Below, piece by piece: positions 18,785-28,896 of a DNA stretch of 64,000 nucleotides. Position numbers and translations under genes: made by a program. The notes beneath the pieces were generated by a model. That model was not told the origin of the DNA, did not search any database, and saw only the letters and a list, made by a program, of their open reading frames with translations. The stretch spans positions 3,386 to 67,385 of the forward strand of contig CAYQUE010000001.1 in assembly GCA_964420615.1 (NCBI GenBank). Reading direction: 5' to 3'. How positions within the stretch are numbered: position 1 is the stretch's first letter; every line of letters starts with the position of its first letter. Origin of the DNA: an uncultured Alteromonadaceae bacterium. Its GTDB lineage: Bacteria > Pseudomonadota > Gammaproteobacteria > Pseudomonadales > Halieaceae.

Positions 18785-20698
18785 GTGGACTTCTTCCGCG
18801 AGCAAGATGTTGCGCGGCGCTACGCGCGCCTGCTCACCCTGCTGTTCGTGGCTTCGGTAATGGCCCTCATTCTGCTCACGAATGTGTTATTGGCCGGTTT
18901 CTTGATATTGGATGGTGGCTCAGGCGCCTCCCACGGCCAGCAGACTACGCTGCGCTGGCGGTCGTTTCTGCAAGTTGGCGGCGTCATTACTGCCATCATC
19001 GGCGCCGTCGTGATGGTCAACTGGATCAATTTTGCCCGCGGGGGCCAACAAATCGCCTCTGCGCTGGGCGGAAGATTGATTCAACCCGGCAGCGACGATC
19101 CCATGGAGCGCCGGGCGTCAAACATTGTGCAAGAGATGGCGCTGGCTGCGAATATGCCAGTCCCGCCGATCTATGTTCTGGATGAAGAACAGGGCATCAA
19201 CGCTTTCGCTGCCGGCACACAACACAGCAACGCCGTGGTGGCCGTCACGCGCGGCGCATTGGACACGCTGACCCGCGATGAACTGCAGGGGGTCATCGGC
19301 CATGAGTTCAGCCACATTCTCAATGGCGATATGCGTCTTAGTATTCGCCTCGCCGCGATGCTGCGTGGCATTACCTTCATAGGGGATGTCGGCAGTCTTT
19401 TGCTCCGCAGCGCCAGCCGCCGACGCGGCTCGAGCAGCAGCAAAAATGATGGGCGCGCCGTGGCATTGGCGATGGGATTGGGGCTTTATGTGATCGGGCT
19501 TCTCGGTGGATTGATGGCGGGACTGATCAAGTCAGCCATCTCGAAACAAAAAGAATATCTGGCCGACGCCTCCTCGGTGCAATTCACGCGCAACCCCGAC
19601 GGCATTGGCGACGCGCTGAAAGTGATCGGGGGTCACTCCGCGGGGACTTTCGTCGAAACTGCCCGTGCCGAGGAGCTATCTCATCTCTTCTTTGGTCAGG
19701 TCAAACATCGCCTCTGGAGTGGCTTTGCCACCCACCCCCCCATCGAAAAACGAATTCGCCGAGTCGATCCTGACTGGGACGGACAGTTTACCTACGTGAC
19801 TCAACGCCGCGCATCCACGGATCTCTCCGCCGAGGAGAAACGCACTGCCGCAGAATTCCTCCGCTCGACGGGCATCGCGTCAATCGCTGCGGCCACCGGC
19901 GCTGTAACTGCGATCACTGCCGACGCCCGAGATCCCGACGCGGTCGCAGAAACATCGCTTGCCACGACACTCATCGCCGATACGCGGGACCCTTTTGGCG
20001 CCATGGCCTTGCTGTTGGCATTAGTTTGGGAACCCACGCACGCCGCCACGCAGTCGCGACTGATTGAAGATTCGGGCATTCGAGGATTGCTCGCGGCGAC
20101 CCAACAATCCTCTGAGGCCGTGCGGGCCCTCGACGCCGGCCGCCGGCTGCAAATAATCGAGCTGTGTTTACCTGTGCTACGTGGCCTATCGCCCCCCCAA
20201 TACAAGAGTTTTCGTGCGTTAATGCTGGGCCTGATCAGTGCAGACGGGAAAACCCGTCTGGAAGAATGGTGTCTGTTCCAGATGGTTCGTCACTATTTGG
20301 ACCCGGAATTTATGCGGGTCAGGCCCACAAAGCCTCGGCACAGTGAGCTGCGCGCCGTGCGAGGGCCGCTCGCCACCGCGCTGGGCACCCTCGCGCACCT
20401 CACAGAGCAAGACACTGCGAGGGCGTTTAGCCGAGGCGCTGATACCCTCGGATTAGCCTTGGCACTCCCCGCTACTGAGTCGCTCGATGTGCAGACCTTC
20501 AGTGAGGCCGTCACCACATTGGCCGACTGCTACCCGCTGCTCAAGGTTTCTATCTTGAAAGCCATGGCCGCCGTCGCCCGCGACGACGGTATGGTCTCGG
20601 GAGCCGAGCTGGCATTGGTAAAAGCGATGGCCATGGTCATGGATTGCCCGGTGCCCGATAAGCTGCTGGCGCAGTACCAGATCAGCGAGCACCCCTGA
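18785..20698 (+). CDS. M48 (HtpX-like) zinc metalloprotease with C-terminal helical extension
   Basis: INAFAAG, RDELQGVIGHEFSH (HExxH), EYLADA, FATHPP; typical partner of lemA. Confidence 0.9.
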   Translation: MDFFREQDVARRYARLLTLLFVASVMALILLTNVLLAGFLILDGGSGASHGQQTTLRWRSFLQVGGVITAIIGAVVMVNWINFARGGQQIASALGGRLIQPGSDDPMERRASNIVQEMALAANMPVPPIYVLDEEQGINAFAAGTQHSNAVVAVTRGALDTLTRDELQGVIGHEFSHILNGDMRLSIRLAAMLRGITFIGDVGSLLLRSASRRRGSSSSKNDGRAVALAMGLGLYVIGLLGGLMAGLIKSAISKQKEYLADASSVQFTRNPDGIGDALKVIGGHSAGTFVETARAEELSHLFFGQVKHRLWSGFATHPPIEKRIRRVDPDWDGQFTYVTQRRASTDLSAEEKRTAAEFLRSTGIASIAAATGAVTAITADARDPDAVAETSLATTLIADTRDPFGAMALLLALVWEPTHAATQSRLIEDSGIRGLLAATQQSSEAVRALDAGRRLQIIELCLPVLRGLSPPQYKSFRALMLGLISADGKTRLEEWCLFQMVRHYLDPEFMRVRPTKPRHSELRAVRGPLATALGTLAHLTEQDTARAFSRGADTLGLALALPATESLDVQTFSEAVTTLADCYPLLKVSILKAMAAVARDDGMVSGAELALVKAMAMVMDCPVPDKLLAQYQISEHP

Positions 20699-20826
20699 TT
20701 GACGCGACCTGATCGGTTGATCCGCGAGGGGCTGATGCCCTAAAGTGACCCTCCCTTGTTCCAAACAAGTAACCGCTCGTGCGGCGCCAAGCGGCACCGC
20801 AACAATCGCCAAATAGGAGAATCCTC

Positions 20827-21240
20827 ATGCCTTCAGCTGATGATCGTTTCGCCATCTCGGAATTACTCAATCGCATGGCGTATTACTACGATGAGGGGCA
20901 TCTCGATGACCTCGCTGCCAGCTTCGCCGAGGATGCCGTCATGAGCATGAGGATCGCCGGTGGGGATTTGGTCGGTCCGTTCGAGGGCCGGGACAACATC
21001 ATGGAGCTTTATCGCAACGCCAAATCGACCCAGACCGACGTGCGTCGGCACGACATCACCAATCTGTTTTTTGATGCCAGCGGTGACGTGATTGCGACCA
21101 CGTCCTACCTGACCCTATTTGCAACAGAACATGGCGAGACGAAGTTATTGACCACCGGCGTGTACCGCGACGAGGTAGCGAAGCGTGACGGCGAGTGGAA
21201 AATCACCCGGCGCCACATCGATCTCGACAGCGGTTACTGA
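20827..21240 (+). CDS. SnoaL/NTF2-like domain protein
   Basis: I.ELL.R.A..YD, F.EDA, RRHDITN, GVYRD, W.ITRRHI.LD; AGGAG RBS. Confidence 0.8.
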   Translation: MPSADDRFAISELLNRMAYYYDEGHLDDLAASFAEDAVMSMRIAGGDLVGPFEGRDNIMELYRNAKSTQTDVRRHDITNLFFDASGDVIATTSYLTLFATEHGETKLLTTGVYRDEVAKRDGEWKITRRHIDLDSGY

Positions 21241-21249
21241 GCACCAGGC

Positions 21250-22806
21250 ATGAACCTCGGCCGCATCCCTGCCAAAACCGCCCTACTCGCGCCGGAGCGC
21301 GAGGCGCTGATCGACATTCCCAATAATCGCCGAATGACTTTTGGCGAACTCGACCAGCGCGTATGTCGGCTGGCGAACGGGCTGATCAATTCTCTGGGCC
21401 TCAACAAAGGGGACCGAGTCGCGATCCTCTCCAAAAACTGTATCCAGTACATGGAGATTTTCTATGCCTGCGCGCGCTGCGGCCTGATTGCCCAGCCATT
21501 GAACTGGCGCCTCAGCGAGCCGGAAATGGCAAGGATCCTGAAGGATGGCGAGCCCAGCGCCCTGATTGGATCAGAGGAATACGGGGATCTGACGAGACAA
21601 CTCGCGATAGACAGCCAAGTGCCGCATACCCTGGTATTCACCCAACAACCCGACTGTGATTACGAAGCACTGATCACGGCACATGACCCCGAAGAGCCCG
21701 AGTGCGCGGATTCAGTCAACGGTGATGACCCAGTACTTATTCTCTACACCGGCGGCACCACCGGCGAGTCCAAGGGTGCCTTGCACTCTCACCACTCGCT
21801 CTACATGGGCATGCTCAATCAATCGATTGCCGAGCGTATTGTACCCACCGATGTTTACATGCTGACCGGTCAGATGTTTCATATTCCGGTCGCGCTGGCC
21901 ATGAATTACATGGCGCACGGATGCCCTGTGGTACTGATCAACTTCGACGCCAAGCTCGCGCTGGAAGTGATTCAAAAAGAGCGCGTATCCGCCTTCTTGG
22001 GTATCACTACCATGATCAATTGGATGATGGCCGTGGAGAACTTCGAGCAATACGATCTCAGCAGCCTGCGCAATTTTCAGTACGGGGGCGGCCCCATGCC
22101 GCGCTCGGTGGTAGAGGCCGCGCTGAAAGCCTTCCCCTGCACCATGATTCAGGGCTATGGGCAGACCGAAGGCATGACCATGACCTTCTTGTCACAAGAG
22201 GACCATCAACGCGCAGTCACGGGCGATCATCCTGAGCGGCTTGGCTCGTGTGGACGCGAGGGTTTCGTGTCAGAGATTCGGGTCGTCGCTCCAGATGGAC
22301 AACCGGTAGCCAAAGACGGCGCAACAGCGGGTGAAATCGTGGTTCGCTCGGAGGCCAACATGCTCGGGTATTGGCGCCGCCCGGACCTGACGGAGAAAAC
22401 GCTGCGCGATGGCTGGATGTGGACGGGCGATATCGCGGTGTGGGATGCCGAGGGATATGTGTTTATCGTGGATCGCGCCAAAGACATGATCATTTCCGGC
22501 GGCGAAAACATCTATAGCACCCAGGTAGAGGCAGCCATTCATCAACACCCGGCCGTGTTGGAGTCGGCAGTGTTCGGTGTCCCCGATGATACTTGGGGTG
22601 AGGCGGTGAAAGCGGTGGTCGTGCTCAAGCCAGGCCAAAGCGCCACCGCGGAAGAGATCATCGCCGAGGCGAGCAAGCATCTTGCGTCTTACCAAAAGCC
22701 CAAGTCAGTCGACTTTGTCGACGCGCTGCCGAAGGCGCCGACCGGAAAGATTCTCAAACGGGATCTCCGTGATCCCTACTGGCAGGACCAAACGAGACAG
22801 GTATGA
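21250..22806 (+). CDS. Acyl-CoA synthetase (AMP-forming)
   Basis: YTGGTTGESKG, QGYGQTE, WTGD, DRAKDMIISGGENIY, LPKAPTGKILK. Confidence 0.93.
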   Translation: MNLGRIPAKTALLAPEREALIDIPNNRRMTFGELDQRVCRLANGLINSLGLNKGDRVAILSKNCIQYMEIFYACARCGLIAQPLNWRLSEPEMARILKDGEPSALIGSEEYGDLTRQLAIDSQVPHTLVFTQQPDCDYEALITAHDPEEPECADSVNGDDPVLILYTGGTTGESKGALHSHHSLYMGMLNQSIAERIVPTDVYMLTGQMFHIPVALAMNYMAHGCPVVLINFDAKLALEVIQKERVSAFLGITTMINWMMAVENFEQYDLSSLRNFQYGGGPMPRSVVEAALKAFPCTMIQGYGQTEGMTMTFLSQEDHQRAVTGDHPERLGSCGREGFVSEIRVVAPDGQPVAKDGATAGEIVVRSEANMLGYWRRPDLTEKTLRDGWMWTGDIAVWDAEGYVFIVDRAKDMIISGGENIYSTQVEAAIHQHPAVLESAVFGVPDDTWGEAVKAVVVLKPGQSATAEEIIAEASKHLASYQKPKSVDFVDALPKAPTGKILKRDLRDPYWQDQTRQV

Positions 22807-23258
22807 GCGGACTGTTATCTGAAGCAGTGCTGGCTTACATCGGTCGGCAAAGCGAGCCTCGCCGAGAGATCGTGACCCGCAGGGACATCCGCAAATATGC
22901 AATCGCTACGGATAACCGGCAGCCTAAATACCTGAACGGCGACGTCGCGCCCCCGCTCTTTCATCTGCATCTTTTCTGGGATGTCGTGCCACTGGACGCC
23001 CTCTCCCCCGATGGCGTATCGATTGACACGCTGCTGCCCAAATTCCCTCTGGAAAAAGCCATGGCGGGTGGCCTCGATATCACCTATCACAAACCGATCA
23101 AGCCCGGTGACTGGCTGACCGCCACGCGCACTTTGACCGATATCTATGAAAAAGCAGGACGCAGCGGCCCCCTCATCTTTTATGAGGTCATGATGGAAGT
23201 TCGCGACGATGATGGCGCACCCGTGATTAGCGAAAAGACCACAAGGATTTTGCGATGA
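22803..23258 (+). CDS. MaoC/FAS1-like hot-dog dehydratase, N-terminal-type subunit
   Basis: DIRKYAIA, APPLF, AGG.DITYHKPIKPGD, EKAGRSG.LIF. Confidence 0.75.
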   Translation: MSGLLSEAVLAYIGRQSEPRREIVTRRDIRKYAIATDNRQPKYLNGDVAPPLFHLHLFWDVVPLDALSPDGVSIDTLLPKFPLEKAMAGGLDITYHKPIKPGDWLTATRTLTDIYEKAGRSGPLIFYEVMMEVRDDDGAPVISEKTTRILR

Positions 23259-23662
23259 CTCCTGAAGCCACCGTTGGGGCAGTCATCCCCGAGCGCAGAC
23301 ATCAATGCGACGTGGTGCAGCAGATGCTCTACAACGCATCGCTATGGAACGGCCACCGCATTCACTTCGACCTGCCCTACGCAACCGAAGTCGAGGGGTA
23401 TCCGGGGCTCGTAGTGGCGGGGCCGCTGATGGGCGACTGGTTGCATCAGGTGGTTGACGAGTGGCTGGGGGACAGCGGCGTGATCACCGGCATTCAATAC
23501 TCTAACCGCGCTGCCGCCTTCGTGGGCGAAACCGTGACCGCGGGCGGCACGATCACCGCCTACGACGACGCATCGGGAGAGATCACCATTGACGTCTTCG
23601 TCAAAAATGATCGCGATGAAATACTGGCTCCCGGCGTGATCACCGCCCGATTAGATCGTTAG
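23255..23662 (+). CDS. MaoC-like hot-dog hydratase, catalytic-type subunit
   Basis: WNGHRIHFD..YA..VEGYPGLVV.GPL, similar to mesaconyl/itaconyl-CoA hydratase C-domain motifs. Confidence 0.75.
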   Translation: MTPEATVGAVIPERRHQCDVVQQMLYNASLWNGHRIHFDLPYATEVEGYPGLVVAGPLMGDWLHQVVDEWLGDSGVITGIQYSNRAAAFVGETVTAGGTITAYDDASGEITIDVFVKNDRDEILAPGVITARLDR

Positions 23663-23673
23663 GGCAGCGCAGA

Positions 23674-24843
23674 ATGGGCCTGAGTGGAATGAGTGGTGAC
23701 TATGCCCTGGTCGGCATGGCGGAGACAGCCGTCGGCGTCGTGCCAGACAAAAGCCCGCGCGAGCTGTGCGTTCAGGTAGTCATTGACGCGGTCAGGGACG
23801 CCGGCTTGGCACTGACGGATGTTGACGGGCTCATTACCTGCAACGCGTTCGCCGAGCCCATCATGTATCACGCCGAGGCGGTGGCCGAGTACCTGGGCTG
23901 GCGTCCCCGGCACTGCGTGACCGTCAATACCGGTGGCGGCACCACCTTTATGGCGATCAACATGGCGGCGGCGGCGATTGCCGCGGGCATGGCTGACACT
24001 ATCGTGGTGGCAATGGCCGATAGTTTGCGTAGCTTCATGACGCGCGATCAGGCCATGGTGGTGCAATCAAGCTCGGGGCACCCGCACTACGAGCAACCGT
24101 ATGGGCCGACCGTACCGGCCTACTACGGGCTGATTGCGCGTGCTCACATGGCGCGCTACGGCACGACCGAGGCGGACTTTGCTGAAGTCGCCGTCTCCTG
24201 TCGCGCCTGGGCGAGCCAGCACCCGAAAGCGCAAATGCGTGACCCCATAACGGTTGAGGACGTGTTGCGTTCAAGACCCATCGCAGACCCGCTCAAGGTC
24301 CTCGATTGCTCACTAGTATCGGATGGCGGTGCTGCCGTCGTGATCACCCGCAAGGAGCGCGCCGAGGACGGCCCCCATAAGCCAATATTGATCCTCGGCT
24401 ACGGAGAGGGCCATGCTTACGAGCACATCAGTCAGGCAGCCGACCTCACGACCTCAGCAGCGGTCGACTCGGGTCGCGCCGCCTACGCGCAGGCCGCAAT
24501 GCAGGCAGATGACATAGACATGCTGCAGCTTTACGACTGCTTCACACCGGCCCTGCTGATCCAACTTGAGGACCTGGGGTTCTGTGCCAAGGGAGAGGCT
24601 GGCGCCTGGCTGGCAACGGGCATCACCAAGCCAGGTGGGAGCAAACCACTGAACTCCCACGGCGGCATGCTCTCTTACTGCCACCCGGGGAACCCGGGCG
24701 CCATGTTTGGATTAACCGAGGCGATGTTGCAGATGCGCGGCGCGGCGGGCGAACGACAGCTCCCTCGGACGCGCACGGCGCTGTGCCACGCACAGGGCGG
24801 CATTATGTCGAGTCACGCGACGCTGATTTTGGGAGTGGGCTAG
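23674..24843 (+). CDS. Thiolase-fold protein of SCP-x/Ltp2 type
   Basis: DCSLVSDGGAA, QLYDCFT, LEDLGFC.KGE, NSHGGMLS; no nucleophile Cys at TVNTGGGT. Confidence 0.85.
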   Translation: MGLSGMSGDYALVGMAETAVGVVPDKSPRELCVQVVIDAVRDAGLALTDVDGLITCNAFAEPIMYHAEAVAEYLGWRPRHCVTVNTGGGTTFMAINMAAAAIAAGMADTIVVAMADSLRSFMTRDQAMVVQSSSGHPHYEQPYGPTVPAYYGLIARAHMARYGTTEADFAEVAVSCRAWASQHPKAQMRDPITVEDVLRSRPIADPLKVLDCSLVSDGGAAVVITRKERAEDGPHKPILILGYGEGHAYEHISQAADLTTSAAVDSGRAAYAQAAMQADDIDMLQLYDCFTPALLIQLEDLGFCAKGEAGAWLATGITKPGGSKPLNSHGGMLSYCHPGNPGAMFGLTEAMLQMRGAAGERQLPRTRTALCHAQGGIMSSHATLILGVG

Positions 24844-24846
24844 CGC

Positions 24847-25263
24847 ATGGCCAAACCTGTGCCCAGACCAACACCGACCGAAAAAGCGTTCTACGAGGGG
24901 TGTCGCCGAGGTCAACTGCTGTTGCAGCAGTGTGACGATTGCCGTCACGTCATTTTTTATCCACGCACCCACTGCGATCAGTGCCACAGCGAGCAATTAA
25001 GCTGGCACGCGTCCTCAGGTCATGGCGTTATCGCCAGCTTCACCATCGTCAGGCGAGGCGTGTCCGCTGACTTTGAAGCACCTTATGTCATTGCCTTGAT
25101 CGATCTGGATGACGGACCCCGCATGATGAGTCAGATCATCGATTGCGATCCCGAGCTGATCCGCGTGGATCAGCGCGTGACGGTGGACTTTGCACCGTGG
25201 TCTGAAGAGATCACACTACCCGTGTTCAAACTGCACCCCGCTTCAGGTGAGGAAAAACCATGA
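24847..25263 (+). CDS. DUF35 Zn-ribbon/OB-fold protein
   Basis: QQCDDC...YPR.HCDQC, PYVIALIDLDDGPRMMS. Confidence 0.9.
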   Translation: MAKPVPRPTPTEKAFYEGCRRGQLLLQQCDDCRHVIFYPRTHCDQCHSEQLSWHASSGHGVIASFTIVRRGVSADFEAPYVIALIDLDDGPRMMSQIIDCDPELIRVDQRVTVDFAPWSEEITLPVFKLHPASGEEKP

Positions 25264-26615
25264 ACAGCCGCATGATTCCTGTTGCCGTTATCAATCCAGA
25301 TGCTCCAGCCGAAAGCCTGGAGGCCAAACAACCCGCCATCGACAATGGCGCTGAGATCTACAACAAGGATGGCTACTTCACTGCGGCCTATATGGAGCAA
25401 GAGTGGCAAAAACTATGGACCGAGAGCTGGTTAATCGCGGGGGTGAGTAGCGATCTGCTTGAACCTGGGGACTACTTTCTGTTCCGGGTGCGCAGTGAGT
25501 CGATCATCATCACCAAGACCGACGCCGGCATCAGCGCTTTCTACAATGTGTGCCCGCATCGCGGCGCCCGCTTGGTGACCGAGGAACGCGGTAATAAAAA
25601 GGTGTTTGTCTGTCCGTTCCATAGCTGGAGCTTTCGCAACAACGGGGAACTTCGCAGCATCACTGACGAGGAAACCTTTCAGGAGGCGGTCATCTGTCAC
25701 CGACCAGGGTTGACGAAAGTCGCCTGTGAGGAACACGCGGGCTTGATCTTCATCAGCATGGCGGACAATCCCCCTCCATTGGCGGAGTCGATAGGCCTAC
25801 CCGAGGGTTACCTCGAGAACTACGAAATCGACAAAATGCGCGTCGTCCGCCACGTGCGCAGTGAATGGGGCTCTAACTGGAAAGTTGGCGTAGAGGCTTT
25901 CTATGAGAGCTACCACCTGCATGCAGTGCACCCGGAAACGCGCGGCGTCATGGGTGATCTCAACGTCCAGTACGACCTCTATCCGCATGGGGCAAGCCGC
26001 ATGATTGTGCCACTGGGTCAGCCGAGCCCGCGACAGGCTGACCAAACGACCGTCAACGAAGGCTTACAGTGGATGCTCCAGGAAGTCGGGATTGATCCTG
26101 CGCAATTCACCGGCAGCGCCGCGGATGTTCGCGCCGCTATCCAGCAGGCCAAGCGCGCGAGATCGGATCGACTCGGCCTCGGCTACGAGCGATTTTCTGA
26201 TGGGCAGCTCTCGGACAGCTGGGCGACCGGGATCTTTCCGAACGTGCAAATCGGCTGTCACCCGGAGGCCATCTTTCTGATGCGCTTTTTACCCCACGAC
26301 ACGGATCCAGAGCGGTTCTGGTACGACACCATGACACTCATGTTGCCGGTCGACGACCCCAATTACTGCCCACCCGCATGGATGGGCTTGCCCGACGGCA
26401 CCGACGTGACTGGCGCGGAGCGACCCGCGACTGAGAGCTTCCTGATCGACGAAGACCCCGGTCTGGGATTAGTTCTCAGTCAGGATGCCGCTTTCCTGCC
26501 GTCGGTTCAGGAGGGTATGCGGAGCAAAGCATTCAAGGGGCAGTTGTGGGGAGAACAGGAACAGCGGTTACGCCACTTTCATGTCGAGCTGGAGCGGCGG
26601 CTGAATCATCAGTGA
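25260..26615 (+). CDS. Rieske non-heme iron oxygenase, alpha subunit
   Basis: CPHRG...CPFHSW Rieske ligands; NWK..EAFYESYH...VHP; QD; E.RLRHFH. Confidence 0.9.
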   Translation: MNSRMIPVAVINPDAPAESLEAKQPAIDNGAEIYNKDGYFTAAYMEQEWQKLWTESWLIAGVSSDLLEPGDYFLFRVRSESIIITKTDAGISAFYNVCPHRGARLVTEERGNKKVFVCPFHSWSFRNNGELRSITDEETFQEAVICHRPGLTKVACEEHAGLIFISMADNPPPLAESIGLPEGYLENYEIDKMRVVRHVRSEWGSNWKVGVEAFYESYHLHAVHPETRGVMGDLNVQYDLYPHGASRMIVPLGQPSPRQADQTTVNEGLQWMLQEVGIDPAQFTGSAADVRAAIQQAKRARSDRLGLGYERFSDGQLSDSWATGIFPNVQIGCHPEAIFLMRFLPHDTDPERFWYDTMTLMLPVDDPNYCPPAWMGLPDGTDVTGAERPATESFLIDEDPGLGLVLSQDAAFLPSVQEGMRSKAFKGQLWGEQEQRLRHFHVELERRLNHQ

Positions 26616-26654
26616 CTCACAGATTTCCGCGCCACAACCTAGTGTCGCTCCGCC

Positions 26655-28046
26655 ATGCGTGATGCGCCAGCGAGCCCGGCCCTGTGGTGGGACGGACTCG
26701 AGCGGCCGCCAGCCGAACCCCCGCTCGAGACGCGCGAGTGTGCAGATTTTGCCATTGTCGGCGGTGGTTACACCGGGCTCTGGATCGCTTATTTTTTAAA
26801 GCAATACCGCCCCGACGCAGCGGTCATTCTCATCGACGCCCAACGGGTAGGCCATGGTGCCTCTGGCCGCAATGGGGGTTGGCTGATGGGCTCTCTGGAA
26901 GGGCTGGAGCGCTTTGCCGGCAAAGACGGCAGCCTCGACGGCGACGTACGCCGGGAGTTAACCGAATTAGTCAGCGCCGCGAGTACGATCATCAACCGCG
27001 AACGTATCGACTGCGACTTTGTGCACGGCGGGTGTCTCGCGGTGGCAGCGCGTTACGAGCAACAAAGTGATCGCGCCCGGACGGCCCTGAAGCACCTCCA
27101 TCGACTGGGGTTCAGCAATCAGGATTATCACTGGCTAACGCCCGAGGAAATCTCGCAGCGTGTCAGCGTTGCTCGCCCGGGGGGCGGCTTTTATACGCCC
27201 CATGTCGCTCGCATCCAGCCCGCCAAATTGGTATTGGGATTGCGAGCAGCGGTCAAACGACTGGGCGTACGTATTTTCGAACACACCCGCGCACGCTCGA
27301 TCACGACGCAACACATTCAATGCGACCGCGGCTCGATTGCCGCTGAACACGTAGTTGTCGCGACCGAGGGGTATTCGGAGGCAGGAAATCCCTTGCACCG
27401 ACGGCTTGTGCCGGTCCAGACCGGGATGGTCGCCACCGAGCCGCTGACGGAAACACAGTGGCGGGGCATCGGCCTCATGCAGCGGGAGACGCTGGCTGAT
27501 TTCAGTCGCGCCGCTACCTACTTACAACGCACGGCCGACCACCGTTTGATCATCGGCGCCCGCGGGCACTATCACCCGGGCGGCCTGCCCAAACACTCGC
27601 TAGAGGACAGCGAAGCCGTTGTGCTTCAGCGGCAACGGATCGGACACGCTCTACTGCCGCAAATCAAAGAGGTGCGGTTTACGCACAGCTGGAGCGGCAG
27701 CGTGGGGGTTCCCCGGAGCTTTGCGCCCCATATCGTGTTTGACCCCAAAAGCCGGCTTGCGACAGCAGGGGGTTATGTCGGCGAGGGTGTGGGTGCCAGC
27801 TTTCTGTTTGGACAAACGCTGGCCGAGCTAATGACTCAGCAAGACACACCGCGTAGCCGCATGCCCTGGGTTAAACGCCACAGATTGACCGATCTGAAGC
27901 GCTGGGAGACCGAGCCCCTGCCGCGCTGGGGTTTCGGAGCGCTGATGGGCCTGTTCCATCTGGAGGAAAAGTTGCTGACGGGCAATAAAAACGGGCGACT
28001 GACCCAGTGGGTGACCCGTTGCTGTGACTGGGCATCACCCCACTGA
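26655..28046 (+). CDS. FAD-dependent oxidoreductase (DAO/PuuB-like amine oxidase family)
   Basis: IVGGGYTGLW, GASGRNGGW, QPAKLV, ATEGY, GYVGEGV. Confidence 0.85.
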   Translation: MRDAPASPALWWDGLERPPAEPPLETRECADFAIVGGGYTGLWIAYFLKQYRPDAAVILIDAQRVGHGASGRNGGWLMGSLEGLERFAGKDGSLDGDVRRELTELVSAASTIINRERIDCDFVHGGCLAVAARYEQQSDRARTALKHLHRLGFSNQDYHWLTPEEISQRVSVARPGGGFYTPHVARIQPAKLVLGLRAAVKRLGVRIFEHTRARSITTQHIQCDRGSIAAEHVVVATEGYSEAGNPLHRRLVPVQTGMVATEPLTETQWRGIGLMQRETLADFSRAATYLQRTADHRLIIGARGHYHPGGLPKHSLEDSEAVVLQRQRIGHALLPQIKEVRFTHSWSGSVGVPRSFAPHIVFDPKSRLATAGGYVGEGVGASFLFGQTLAELMTQQDTPRSRMPWVKRHRLTDLKRWETEPLPRWGFGALMGLFHLEEKLLTGNKNGRLTQWVTRCCDWASPH

Positions 28047-28098
28047 CCGCCCTGTAACCCGAGGACGGTGACCCGCCGTTAACGCAAACGCAATGCGT

Positions 28099-28497
28099 TC
28101 AGGCGCTCCTCATACGGTTAACCATTAGCCAACCCGCAGGGAGACACGTCACTATCAGGGCAAAAAATACCCAGTGATGCCATACGGGCATCGATTCCCA
28201 ATACTGACGCTGCACGCTCACTCCGATCAATAACATATCGACGGTGGTCGCGATTAGACAGACGCGAGCCCAGCTATCACCGCCGGCGATCAACGCGACG
28301 GTGACGCCACCCAGAAAAATAATCAGGGCCTGAATCGCCTCCACCCCCAGAACGAGTGGTACGTCAAACGTGCCACCCCATTCATTGAGCTGCGCCGGAA
28401 ACAAGTTCAGAAACATGCCCAGTAGCGGCAAGCACAGCAGCCCGTAAATGAGGGGGGCGGATATCACGCAGGCAATCAGTTGCAGTGTTCTTTTCAT
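28099..28497 (-). CDS. Hypothetical membrane protein (4 TM)
   Basis: Four hydrophobic segments, PVWHH motif, GGAG RBS. Confidence 0.7.
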   Translation of the reverse strand: MKRTLQLIACVISAPLIYGLLCLPLLGMFLNLFPAQLNEWGGTFDVPLVLGVEAIQALIIFLGGVTVALIAGGDSWARVCLIATTVDMLLIGVSVQRQYWESMPVWHHWVFFALIVTCLPAGWLMVNRMRSA

Positions 28498-28896
28498 AGT
28501 GTGCTCCGTTTACGACTCTGCCATTGACGCCAAAGCGCGATCTTTGCGCGCCAGCACTACGCTCGCAAGTGTGTGCCGGCGTCGCGCCACCCAGCGTATC
28601 AAGCGATACGTCATCGGTCCGTCCAACGACTGAGCCGAGAGTAGCCATGTATGCCGGCGGAATGTCAATCCGTCGGCCGAAATACGTAGCCCACCGCGCC
28701 CCCTGTCAGGGACGTTTGACAGGCGGGCAGAGCGACCTCGACACCGTGAATTCGCCCTCATCGTCGCCCACCACCCGGTGACTACCGCCGACAAGCCTGT
28801 AACGACAGGGGCTGGGGGGACGGTCGGTCATGGCACATTGCTTGTGTATAATTGCCTGCCCAGCTCACAGCATTTAGCCAAAGCGAGAAGAAAAAC

